From the NCBI RefSeq assembly GCF_006345805.1, contig NC_042999.1, positions 161,014,001-161,078,000 of the forward strand: a DNA stretch of 64,000 nt, read 5' to 3'. The notes below the pieces were generated by a model. The model was not told the origin of the DNA. It ran no database searches and saw nothing but the letters and a program-made list of their open reading frames with translations. Both the position numbers and the translations under genes were made by a program. The DNA comes from Octopus sinensis. Its lineage: Eukaryota. Shown piece after piece: positions 1 to 11,740 of the stretch (the first letter of the stretch is position 1; the number at the start of each line of letters is the position of its first letter).

Positions 1-85
1 GGTCGAGTTGCTCGACTAAAGGCGGTGCTCCAGCATGGCCGCAGTCCAAATGACTGAAACAAGTAAAAGAGTAAAAGAGTAAAGA
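1..85 (+). mobile_element. SINE family A, 3' tail only (cut by window edge)
   Basis: GGCGGTGCTCCAGCATGGCCGCAGTC..TGACTGAAACAAGTAAAAGA tail, matching full copies at 11216 and 52690. Confidence 0.85.
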
Positions 86-236
86 AAGTATATTGAGCCA
101 GGCTCCATTTGGTAACTATAATGCAGCCTCTAGGGGAGGAGATATGTTAAATAGCATTTGATCTACATATACTTTTCTATGTTGTTAATATTCATGCTAC
201 AAGTCACTCAGTGATATTTTTCATAGTTCAGTTTTC

Positions 237-367
<131 letters not shown>

Positions 368-530
368 ATGACCCGTCCTTGTTTTTTTTTTGTATCATCT
401 ATCTGGATGTTTTGTTGTCCCCTTTTGTATCACTTAGTTGTCCGGATGTTTTGCATTCTTGTCCCATTTTGTATTTTATTTTATACATATATATATATAT
501 ATATAGCAGCGTACGTACACTTTGTTCTCT

Positions 531-593
<63 letters not shown>

Positions 594-987
594 AATACAT
601 ACACACACACATTACGCATATAGATTCATACATAAATATATTCACAAAAACAGCTGACCAGACATACATTCATTAACAATAATGGAAAAACGGAGAATAC
701 GATCAATTCATATGGTTGGTAAACACATAGACGTGCACATGGTTAATTATACTAAATTATATAACCTTATTAACCTACATATTACACTCACATGCACTCA
801 GCTACACACATACACACACACATGCACACGCACACACACACACACACATACGCACACTCACATACATACGCACACTCCCATCTAGATGATTGTCACATGC
901 TTCAATCGTATGCTACATACATAAAAAGTAAACAGATCCTCCGTCAGTTTCGACGACGAACATCCTATAGTTCAATCAAATACCAAT

Positions 988-1397
988 CTTTTATTTTTCA
1001 TTTGTTTCAGTTATTGGAGTGCGGCCATGCTGGGGCACAGGTATGAAGGGTTTAGCTGAACAAATCGACCACAATACTTATTTTCAAGCCTAGTACTTAT
1101 TCTATCGGTTTTCTTTTGCCGAACTCCTCCTAAGTTGCGGAGACGTAAACAAACCAACACCGGTTGTCAAGCATTGTTCTAGGGCAAAAACAAAGAGCAT
1201 AGGCGCACGCACACACACACACACACACTTACACGCACACGCACACACATTCATGTAGATAGCAATATAACGGGCTTCTTTCAATTTCCATCTGCCAAAT
1301 CAACAAGCTTTGGACGGCCCGGGGCTATAGTAGAACATATTTACCCAAGGTACCAGGTAGTAGAACTGAACACGAAACTATGTGATTGGATCGGAAG
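988..1397 (-). mobile_element. SINE family A, diverged copy
   Basis: Reverse complement similar to 11216-11652 throughout, with internal (CA)n. Confidence 0.75.
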
Positions 1398-1524
1398 GGT
1401 TTCGTCGCGCGCGCGCACCCACCCCCACCCACCCCCACCCACACACCCACACCCACAATTAATGTGAAAAGTGAAAATACCTGTGAGACCTCAGCTTCCA
1501 ATAAAGTCGTAAGCTTATTGAACC

Positions 1525-1571
<47 letters not shown>

Positions 1572-2529
1572 TATATGTGTGTGTATGTGTGCGTGTGTGT
1601 GTGTGTGAGTGTATAAGTATACATACATATATACATATATATATATATACACACACATTCATATATATATATATACATACACACACATACAGTCCCGCTT
1701 TAGTGTATATATTTATACTATTTGTGTGTGTATGTGTGCGTGTGTGTATAAGTATACATACATACATACATACATATATATATATATACACACACATTCA
1801 TATATATATACATACACACACACACATATAGTCCCGCTTTAGAGTATATATTTATACTATTTGTGTGTGTGTGTGTGTATGTATATGCAGGTACACACAA
1901 ATTTGTGTGTATGCGTATAGTCACGAGTTACTGTGTACAAAATTTGTGCACGCATATGTATATAATTTCAGGCCCAATATACATCTCTTATGCGCTTGTG
2001 TGTGTGTATGTGTGTGTTGTGTGTGTATGTGTGCGTGGGGGGTGCATTACATACACACAAACACACACACAGACACACACATACACACACACACATGCTC
2101 TAGATATTATGTTGCTCTGTAAATAAGTTGTAACCATGTGACAGGGTGTTTATTTCTACTCAACACCATCGTTAAATACATGGAATTAATACATTAACTA
2201 GCATTGTTGAATATAAAACATTCCAGTGTTTAACTCATATAAAAGTTTCCATGGAACTGAAAAATATTTGCTTTAATTGAAGTAAATGGGTGCCGGCCAA
2301 TGTCATCTTAAGCAAAGCGCGCACTGGGCAGTTGCCAAGAAGCCTCACAAACCTAGGGTTCCAATTCGGATCTATATACGGTATGTTTGCTGGCTTGCAA
2401 ATCCTATAGGGCCCAGTGCATTGATCTGCCCGGGCGCCTACGGATACTCCAAAGACAGCTGAGGTTCCGGGCCCAATACTTGAAATCGGTTTCAAATTTT
2501 GGAAAAAAGCCGGAAATTTGTGGGGAGGG

Positions 2530-2702
2530 GATAAGTCGAAGACATCGACCCCAGTGTTCAACTGATACTTATTTTATCGACTCCAAAAAGGATACAAGGC
2601 AAAGTCGACTTCCGGCGGAATGTGAACCCAAAACGTGCAGACGAACAAAACTCCGCTAAGCATGTTGCGCGGCGCGCTAACAATTCTGCCAGCACGCCGC
2701 TT
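2530..2702 (-). mobile_element. SINE family B, diverged
   Basis: Reverse complement of the GGCGGCGAGCTGGCAGAA...GTCGACTTTGCCTTTCATCC...CTGGGGTCGAT family seen at 28852 and 38729. Confidence 0.75.
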
Positions 2703-2987
2703 TACATTTTCAGTGCATTAAAGAGTTGTTGTTCGTTTAACACAGGCTGGGTCTGATCATCTCGTCGTTCTTTTCCAAGTATAATGCATCTAATAATTTG
2801 CATCTAATGTTCAAGTAGACTAGGGAACAGGAGAAGACAGGTTACAAGGGAACGGGAGTAAGTAAAGGAGTGTCACCTTCATCATAATTGTTTTGGTATA
2901 AGACATTACTCTGTAAATTTACTCTAATCTTTATATATAAAAGTAAGGTTGTCTAATCTTTATATATGATCTTTATATATACTCTAA

Positions 2988-3374
2988 TCTTTATATATAA
3001 AAGTAAGTCTGTCTCCTACGATTTAGATTCCTAACTACTCCCACATTTTGCGGTGCAGTTTAACCAAAACCGGGTATCTTATAGTCGTGATTCATATCGA
3101 GCCCTTCTGGGTATTAGCGCGCGTCTACGATGAGTCTACGATTTAAAAAAAAATTTAACATCAATTTTTCCCATTTTAATGCATTTTTGGCATATATAAG
3201 GGAAGCAACTCTCTAAAAATTTATTATCAAATCTCAGAACGTAAAAAGCTACAGTAACACTCCCGTCCCTTTGTGGTTAGCCATATTGAGATGGCTATTA
3301 TACTTTACATCTCTAAAAATGCTTATATAGTTATTTCCCTTATAAATCCGAGCAACGCCGGGCGATACTGCTAG
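2988..3374 (+). mobile_element. Non-autonomous Helitron H1, copy 1
   Basis: 5' A|TCTTTATATATAAAAG; 3' hairpin CCGAGCAACGCCGG then CTAG|T; no TSD; six copies in window. Confidence 0.85.
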
Positions 3375-3873
3375 TCCTCTATATTTTAGTTTACCTTAAT
3401 GCTAAATTTAGAAACTTCAACTTCAGTTAAAATTTAAAAACCTGAATAATCAGGTCAACCTGAAGTTAGATCTAATTTTCAACAACTTTAACTTGACATC
3501 AACCCCATTTGGAACAGCATCTCTAAATCTACCAATATTTATATTCTGATAGAAAGAGCTTTCATGACATCTATTTTATGAATAAAAAAAATTGTATACT
3601 TTCACTCTCTAACATTGTTCCTCCACTATCCTAGGTTAAAAACTGAAAATTACTGTCTTAGACTGACCCATGTCTTGGAGGCACCAGTGCTGTTATTAAG
3701 CTACTGGGAGAAAGCTAGCGAATGTATACTGAGACAGAAACAAACAAGATATATAAATACAACAAACGAAGAATTATGCATATATACCAGCACGAAGCTT
3801 TACGGCTATATACAACGGAAGGAAAAAAATAATAGTTATACAAATACCACAAATACAACAGAAAGAGCATATG

Positions 3874-3916
<43 letters not shown>

Positions 3917-4188
3917 TTAATAAGGGTGAGAGAATTAGATACTAATTTAATAGTATATCTATTCAACACCAAGTGGCCTAGTGCTCCGAGAAACCTGGAT
4001 TATTATAATATTTTATAACATATTATAATATTTTTACAAAATAAATATAAGAGAGTGGTCACTATATGGCTCACTCTAGCACACCAGTTAATCCAAAAGG
4101 TTTCAACCACGAAAATACAGTTTCCCATGAAAGTCAGTACGATTGTTAGCTCACACGGACAGGGCAAATAAAAAATAACAAAAATACA

Positions 4189-4281
4189 GATTATTTTGGG
4201 ACAATTGTTTCGCTATTAATGAATTAAATGTAATTTTACTTACAAAAAAAATCCATTTGTAGCTCGTCAGCCAAAACTATC
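4189..4281 (-). ncRNA. Type I hammerhead ribozyme motif (array copy 1)
   Basis: Reverse complement: GATAGTTTTGG-CTGACGA-GCTA...TAGC-GAAA-CAATTG-TC-CCAAAATAATC. Confidence 0.85.
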
Positions 4282-4715
4282 TGGATGAAATCCACTCAAT
4301 CACACGCCAGATTTTACCATAACGATAAATACGCGTGTGGTTCAATTGATTACATCCGACGTTATAATTCAAATGCCCCAACTAACAGCGCGCCAAACTT
4401 TACGGAACAAATACAGCATTTAGAATAAATGCAGCATAATTATAATTAATTAATAAGGGTGAGAGAATTAGATACTAATTTAATAGTATATCTATTCAAC
4501 ACCAAGTGGCCTAGTGCTCCGAGAAACCTGGATTATTATAATATTTTATAACATATTATAATTTTACAAAATAAATATAAGAGAGTGGTCACTATATGGC
4601 TCACTCTAGCACCAGTTAATCAAAGGTTTCAACCACGAAAATACATGTTTCCATGAAAGTCAGTACGATTGTTAGCTCACACGGACAGGGCAAAAAAAAA
4701 AATAACAAAAATACA

Positions 4716-4808
4716 GATTTTTTGGGACAATTGTTTCGCTATTAATGAATTAAATGTAATTTTACTTACAAAAAAAATCCATTTGTAGCTCGTCAGCGAA
4801 AAACTATC
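4716..4808 (-). ncRNA. Type I hammerhead ribozyme motif (array copy 2, helix I variant)
   Basis: Same core; small differences in helix I. Confidence 0.75.
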
Positions 4809-5249
4809 TGGATGAAATCCACTCAATCACACGCCAGATTTTACCATAACGATAAATACGCGTGTGGTTCAATTGATTACATCCGACGTTATAATTCAAA
4901 TGCCCCAACTAACAGCGCGCCAAATTCACGGAAAACAAATACAGCATTTAGAAATAAATGCAGCATAATTATAATTAATTAATAAGGGTGAGAGAATTAG
5001 ATACTAATTTAATAGTATATCTATTCAACACCAAGTGGCCTAGTGCTCCGAGAAACCTGGATTATTATAATATTTTATAACATATTATAATATTTTTACA
5101 AAATAAATATAAGAGAGTGGTCACTATATGGCTCACTCTAGCACCAGTTAATCCAAAAGGTTTCAACACGAAAAATACATGTTTCCCATGAAAGTCAGTA
5201 CGATTGTTAGCTCACACGGACAGGGCAAATAAAAAATAACAAAAATACA

Positions 5250-5341
5250 GATTATTTTGGGACAATTGTTTCGCTATTAATGAATTAATGTAATTTTACT
5301 TACAAAAAAAATCCATTTGTAGCTCGTCAGCCAAAACTATC
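5250..5341 (-). ncRNA. Type I hammerhead ribozyme motif (array copy 3)
   Basis: Intact core as in copy 1. Confidence 0.85.
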
Positions 5342-5781
5342 TGGATGAAATCCACTCAATCACACGCCAGATTTTACCATAACGATAAATACGTGTGGGT
5401 TCAATTGATTACATCCGACGTTATAATTCAAATGCCCCAACTAACAGCGCGCCAAACTTTCACGGAAAACAAATACAGCATTTAGAAATAAATGCAGCAT
5501 AATTATAATTAATTAATAAGGGTGAGAGAATTAGATATAATTTAATAGTATATCTATTCAACACCAAGTGGCCTAGTGCTCCGAGAAACCTGGATTATTA
5601 TAATATTTTATAACATATTATAATATTTTTACAAAATAAATATAAGAGAGTGGTCACTATATGGCTCACTCTAGCACCAGTTAATCCAAAAGGTTTCAAC
5701 CACGAAAATACATGTTTCCCATGAAAGTCAGTACGATTGTTAGCTCACACGGACAGGGCAAATAAAAATAACAAAAATACA

Positions 5782-5874
5782 GATTATTTTGGGACAATTG
5801 TTTCGCTATTAATGAATTAAATGTAATTTTACTTACAAAAAAAATCCATTTGTAGCTCGTCAGCCAAAACTATC
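5782..5874 (-). ncRNA. Type I hammerhead ribozyme motif (array copy 4)
   Basis: Intact core as in copy 1. Confidence 0.85.
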
Positions 5875-6316
5875 TGGATGAAATCCACTCAATCACACGC
5901 CAGATTTTACCATAACGATAAATACGCGTGTGGTTCAATTGATTACATCCGACGTTATAATTCAAATGCCCCAACTAACAGCGCGCCAAACTTTCACGGA
6001 AAACAAATACAGCATTTAGAAATAAATGCAGCATAATTATAATTAATTAATAAGGGTGAGAGAATTAGATACTAATTTAATAGTATATCTATTCAACACC
6101 AAGTGGCCTAGTGCTCCGAGAAACCTGGATTATTATAATATTTTATAACATATTATAATATTTTTAAAAAATAAATATAAGAGAGTGGTCACTATATGGC
6201 TCACTCTAGCACCAGTTAATCCAAAAGGTTTCAAACACGAAAATACATGTTTCCCATGAAAGTCAGTACGATTGTTAGCTCACACGGACAGGGCAAATAA
6301 AAAATAACAAAATACA

Positions 6317-6410
6317 GATTATTTTGGGACAATTGTTTCGCTATTAATGAATTAAATGTAATTTTACTTACAAAAAAAATCCATTGTAGTCGTCGTCAGC
6401 CAAAACTATC
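6317..6410 (-). ncRNA. Type I hammerhead ribozyme motif (array copy 5, helix II base variant)
   Basis: Core present; TAGTCGTCGTCAG in place of TAGCTCGTCAG. Confidence 0.7.
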
Positions 6411-6945
6411 TGGATGAAATCCACTCAATCACACGCCAGATTTTACCATAACGATAAATACGCGTGTGGTTCAATTGATTACATCCGACGTTATAATTCA
6501 AATGCCCCAACTAACAGCGCGCCAAACTTTCACGGAAAACAAATACAGCATTTAGAAATAAATGCAGCATAATTATAATTAATTAATAAGGGTGAGAGAA
6601 TTAGATACTATTTAATAGTATATCTATTCAACACCAAGTGGCCTAGTGCTCCGAGAAACTGGATTATTATAATATTTTATAACATATTATAATATTTTTA
6701 CAAAATAAATATAAGAGAGTGGTCACTATATGGCTCACTCTAGCACCAGTTAATCCAATTCTCTCACCCTTATTATTAATATTAATTATGCTGCATTTAT
6801 TTCTAAATGCTGTATTTGTTTTCCGTGAAAGTTTGGCGCGCTGTTAGTTGGGGCATTTGAATTAATAAGTCGGATGTAATCAATTGAACCACACGCGTAT
6901 TCATTTATGGTAAAATCTGGCGTATGATTGAGTGGATTTCATCCA

Positions 6946-7038
6946 GATAGTTTTGGCTGACGAGCTACAAATGGATTTTTTTTGTAAGTAAAATTACATT
7001 TAATTCATTAATAGCGAACAAATTGTCCCAAAATAATC
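6946..7038 (+). ncRNA. Type I hammerhead ribozyme motif (inverted copy 1, GAAA box reads GAAC)
   Basis: CTGACGA at 6957; GCGAACAAATTGTC is a mutation or sequencing error. Confidence 0.65.
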
Positions 7039-7477
7039 TGTATTTTTGTTATTTTTTATTTGCCCTGTCCGTGTGAGCTAACAATCGTACTGACTTTCAT
7101 GGGAAACATGTATTTTCGTGGTTGAAACCTTTTGGATTAACTGGTGCTAGAGTGAGCCATATAGTGACCACTCTCTTATATTTTTTTGTAAAAATATTAT
7201 AATATGTTATAAAATATTATAATAATCCAGGTTTCTCGGAGCACTAGGCCACTTGGTGTTGAATAGATATACTATAAATTAGTATCTAATTCTCTCACCC
7301 TTATTAATTAATTATATTATGCTGCATTTATTTCTAAATGCTGTATTGTTTTCCGTGAAAGTTTGGCGCGCTGTTAGTTGGGGCATTTGAATTATAACGT
7401 CGGATGTAATCAATTGAACCACACGCGTATTTATCGTTATGGTAAAATCTGGCGTGTGATTGAGTGGATTTCATCCA

Positions 7478-7570
7478 GATAGTTTTGGCTGACGAGCTAC
7501 AAATGGATTTTTTTTGTAAGTAAAATTACATTTAATTCATTAATAGCGAAACAATTGTCCCAAAATAATC
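7478..7570 (+). ncRNA. Type I hammerhead ribozyme motif (inverted copy 2)
   Basis: CTGACGA 7489-7495; helix II GCTA/TAGC; GAAA 7548-7551; CAATTG; predicted GUC cleavage after 7559; helix I GATAGTTTTGG/CCAAAATAATC. Confidence 0.88.
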
Positions 7571-8013
7571 TGTATTTTTGTTATTTTTTATTTGCCCTGT
7601 ACGTGTGAGCTAACAATCGTACTGACTTCCATGGGAAACATGTATTTTCGTGGTTGAAACCTTTTGGATTAACTGGTGCTAGAGTGAGCCATATAGTGAC
7701 CACTCTCTTATATTTATTTTGTAAAAATATTATAATATGTTATAAAATATTATAATAATCCAGGTTTCTCGGAGCACTAGGCCACTTGGTGTTGAATAGA
7801 TATACTATTAAATTAGTATCTAATTCTCTCACACCTTATTAATTAATTATAATTATGCTTGCATTTATTCTAAATGCTGTATTTGTTTTCCGTGAAAGTT
7901 TGGCGCGCTGTTAGTTGGGGCATTTGATTATAACGTCGGATGTAATCAATTGAACCACACGCGTATTTATCGTTATGGTAAAATCTGGCGTGTGATTGAG
8001 TGGATTTCATCCA

Positions 8014-8106
8014 GATAGTTTTGGCTGACGAGCTACAAATGGATTTTTTTTGTAAGTAAAATTACATTTAATTCATTAATAGCGAAACAATTGTCCCAAA
8101 ATAATC
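8014..8106 (+). ncRNA. Type I hammerhead ribozyme motif (inverted copy 3)
   Basis: CTGACGA 8025-8031; GAAA 8084-8087; predicted GUC cleavage after 8095. Confidence 0.88.
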
Positions 8107-8289
8107 TGTATTTTTGTTATTTTTTATTTGCCCTGTCCGTGTGAGCTAACAATCGTACTGACTTTCATGGGAAACATGTATTTTCGTGGTTGAAACCTTT
8201 TGGATTAACTGGTGCTAGAGTGAGCCATATAGTGACCACTCTCTTATATTTATTTTATATATATATATATATATATTATGTTGGGTGGG

Positions 8290-8420
8290 AGTCCAAAAGA
8301 GATCGATAGCATAAGTGCAGGGCTTAAAAAAAGACCTGGGGTCAATTTGTTCGACTTCAAGGTGGTACCCCAGCTTGGCCGCAGTCAAATTACTGCAACA
8401 AATAAAAGAATAAAAGAATA
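8290..8420 (+). mobile_element. SINE family A, 3' fragment
   Basis: CAAAAGAGATCGATAG...CAGCTTGGCCGCAGTCAAATTACTGCAAC..AAAAGAATAAAAGA. Confidence 0.7.
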
Positions 8421-8422
8421 TA

Positions 8423-8768
8423 TAGGAAAGTATGCACAAATCCCAGCAATGCCATCACGCTTCAGGACCAGCTTCTGCAACAGCCTGGGTTTCAAGGGCC
8501 CACAGCTTTTTAATATTCTCCTAAAGAGTCTGAGGAACTTGCACAAAGTAGATGTAGCGGTTTTTAAATCAAAGCTGGACATCTTCCTGTCGAGAGTCCC
8601 AGATGAACCTACCTCACGGCAAGAGGTGCAAATGAGAGTAGCTATATCAAACTCCATTCTTCACCAAGTGCCACATATTAGACGAGGTTCTTCGCAATAA
8701 CAGTGTAACACAAAACGGCGGTGCATCAGCATGGCCGCAGCTCTGAGCTGAAACCAGAGAAAAAAGAA
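8423..8768 (+). mobile_element. CR1/L2-like LINE 3' end (ORF2 C-terminus + 3' UTR)
   Basis: Translation FCNSLGFKGPQLFNILLKSLRNL..VAVFKSKLDIFLSRVPDEP is typical of the CR1/L2 ORF2 end; tail shared with SINE A. Confidence 0.8.
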
Positions 8769-9362
8769 ATACACGCACACAACAACAACAGCAACAACAC
8801 ATGTACAGCAATAAATATTTTAATAACTTATATAATATGGACGTGACTTAGAAGTACACAATAACCTACATAATATGAGATCAGGCCATATGGTCCAGGC
8901 TCTCACCATACACTCATACTCGAAATATGCGTACAGAATCACGGACAATAAGTTACATAACAATACAGATGCAAAAATTACACACACACACACACACACA
9001 CACAGATGCTCTCATATTTGTCAATTCACACACACAAATGAGAAACAATATGAACAGTGTTATAAAATGAAAATAAAGGATGGGGCAACGATCTCGGTGA
9101 AATATTATACGTGATGACGTCATAGTAGTGATTCTGCCTTCGTATTATTATTAGTTTTTCTCTCCCTCAAGAATGATAGGAAAAAACAAATATGTACAAA
9201 AATAAAACGAAAAATATGGATGAATATATAAAGAAATAGAAAAATTCTCAAAAAAATCTCCAGCAAAAGACAAAAGAAAACAATGGAATTGGAACTGACC
9301 GACGCCGTAAACTAATATCCGATAACAACCAGAATAGGATTATGTACAAACATACATACATG

Positions 9363-9451
<89 letters not shown>

Positions 9452-9517
9452 TACACACACACGAGAAACGGTTTCAATCTAAATATGTAATATACTGCGT
9501 CATATATATATATATAT

Positions 9518-9585
9518 CAGCGGTGGCGTTCCAGCATGGCCGCAGCCTTCGTGCTAAAACATTTTTAAGGATTTAAGGATTTAAG

Positions 9586-9588
<3 letters not shown>
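9518..9588 (+). mobile_element. Ultra-short LINE/SINE 3' tail insertion with (TTTAAGGA)n end
   Basis: GCGGTGGCGTTCCAGCATGGCCGCAGCCTTCGTGCTAAAAC + TTTAAGGA repeats inside (TA)n; second copy at 17272. Confidence 0.7.
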
Positions 9589-9933
<345 letters not shown>

Positions 9934-10046
9934 TTCAAATGAATATGGTACTTAAGTTAGATGCACCAGAATTGTGTATGGTGTTATTCATATAAATCCA
10001 TGGGGTGATTATAATCAAAATAAGCAACAAGAATATCTTCGGTAAT

Positions 10047-10131
10047 TGGTACAATCGTTTCATGCTACTCCATTTAATTAAACAATGTATGTATTACATC
10101 AGTTTTAAAATTTAGAGCAGTCATCAGCCAC
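10047..10131 (-). ncRNA. Hammerhead motif, family 2 (degenerate helix II base)
   Basis: Reverse complement GG-CTGATGA-CTGCT...AGCAT-GAAA-CGATTG-TA-CCA. Confidence 0.65.
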
Positions 10132-10383
10132 ATGTGGAATTTTTAAAAAATTAAATTGACAACGGACATTCAGTGAGAAGAAATCTACCCATGAGGAAGG
10201 ATCTTCTACTACCATGCTTCTACTGGTGAATTTCACCTCTCTGTCCATATACCTACCCTCTTTGTACTGGAATTAAGGAGAAAAATGAATATTGTCAATT
10301 TAATTAAAAAAAAATATATCTGCCCTCTCTGTAATGTTATCAATTAATATGAAAATATGTATTAATGGAAAACCTCTATAAAA

Positions 10384-10465
10384 GGCTGATGATTGCTCAA
10401 CATTTTGAAAGTATTGTATGCTTGCAATGTTTGATGGAGTGATGTAGCGTGAGACGATCGTACCA
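10384..10465 (+). ncRNA. Hammerhead motif, family 2 (degenerate, GAAA>GAGA)
   Basis: GG-CTGATGA-TTGCT...AGCGT-GAGA-CGATCG-TA-CCA. Confidence 0.5.
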
Positions 10466-10515
10466 GATTACCGAAGATATTCTTGTTGCTTATTTTGATT
10501 ATATATATATATATG

Positions 10516-10569
<54 letters not shown>

Positions 10570-10651
10570 GCTTTTTCTGTTGTGATTTTTGCTACCCAGG
10601 TATCGGTTATCATTTGAATTATCCGTAATAAGATAATTCATTTATCTACTT

Positions 10652-10696
<45 letters not shown>

Positions 10697-10818
10697 AATA
10701 TATATATATATATGTATATAAATATAAATATATGTATATATATATATATATATAATTATATATATGTATGTATATGTGTAATATATATATATGTATATAT
10801 ATAATATATATATATATT

Positions 10819-10889
<71 letters not shown>

Positions 10890-10928
10890 GATGATCAGAG
10901 TGAGCAGCAGGGATATCCAAAGGTAGTG

Positions 10929-11012
10929 TAGTGCGATCGTTTCATGCTACTTCATTTGATTGGGCAATGTAGGTGTCGCATCAGTTTTGGAATGTGGAGC
11001 ACTCATCAGCCA
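10929..11012 (-). ncRNA. Hammerhead motif, family 2 (degenerate cleavage site)
   Basis: Reverse complement TGG-CTGATGA-GTGCT...AGCAT-GAAA-CGATCG-CA. Confidence 0.55.
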
Positions 11013-11215
11013 CATATGGAATTTAAAAAAAAATTATATTGACAATGTTCATTTTTTACTTAATTCCATTTGCCAACATTACAAAGAGGGTAGGTATATG
11101 GACAGAGAGGTGAAATTTACCAGTAGAAACATGGTAGTAGAAGATCCTTCCTCATGGGTAGATTTCTTCTCACTCAATGTCCGTTGTCAATTTAATTTTT
11201 AAAAAATTCCATATA

Positions 11216-11378
11216 GGCGCAGGAGTGGCTGTGTGGTTAGTAGCTTGCTAACCAACCACATGGTTCCGGGTTCAGTCCCACTGCGTGGCATCTTGGGCAA
11301 GTGTCTTCTGCTATAGCCCCGGGCCGACCAATGCCTTGTGAGTGGATTTGGTAGACGGAAACTGAAAGAAGCCTGTCG

Positions 11379-11449
<71 letters not shown>

Positions 11450-11652
11450 TTGTGTGTCTGTGTTTGTCCCCCTAGCATTGCTTGACAACCGATGCTGGTG
11501 TGTTTACGCCCCCGTCACTTAGCGGTTCGACAAAAGAGTTCGATAGAATAAGTACTGGGCTTACAACGAATAAGTCCCAGGGTCGATTTGCTCGACTAAA
11601 GGCGGTGCTCCAGCATGGCCGCAGTCAAATGACTGAAACAAGTAAAAAAAAA
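11216..11652 (+). mobile_element. SINE family A, full length
   Basis: tRNA-like head (TGGCTGTGTGG A-box-like, GGTTCAGTCCC B-box-like), internal (TA)n(TG)n, LINE-like tail. Confidence 0.9.
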
Positions 11653-11656
11653 GATG

Positions 11657-11740
11657 TGGCTGATGAGTGCTCTAAATTTTAAAACTGATGTAATACTTAC
11701 ATTGTTTAATTAAATGAAGTAGCATGAAACGATTGTACCA
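11657..11740 (+). ncRNA. Type I hammerhead motif, family 2, intact core
   Basis: TGG-CTGATGA(11660)-GTGCT...AGCAT-GAAA(11726)-CGATTG-TA-CCA; predicted GUA cleavage after 11737. Confidence 0.75.

Larger units (their letters stand above)
3911..6758 (-). repeat. Tandem array of ~535-bp hammerhead-containing unit (retrozyme/PLE-like), ~5.3 copies
   Basis: Marker TAAGGGTGAGAG recurs at 3921, 4454, 4983, 5517, 6051, 6587 (period 529-536); copies near-identical; abuts (TA)n; ribozyme-sense strand is minus. Confidence 0.95.
6757..8256 (+). repeat. Inverted block of the same ~535-bp unit, ~2.8 copies
   Basis: Reverse complement of the unit starts at AATTCTCTCACCCTTATT (6757) and ends in (TA)n at ~8257. 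Confidence 0.95.
9940..10503. mobile_element. Hammerhead-bearing family 2: head-to-head pair (minus-sense 9940-~10375, plus-sense ~10380-10503)
   Basis: 10010-10131 is reverse-complementary to 10384-10503; flanked by microsatellites. Confidence 0.75.

Noticed and set aside
3911-8256. CRISPR array, rDNA/5S or snRNA tandem cluster, or mitochondrial control-region NUMT
   Set aside because: No unique spacers, no recognisable 5S/snRNA/tRNA sequence and no flanking mitochondrial genes; hammerhead plus inversion fits a retroelement better.
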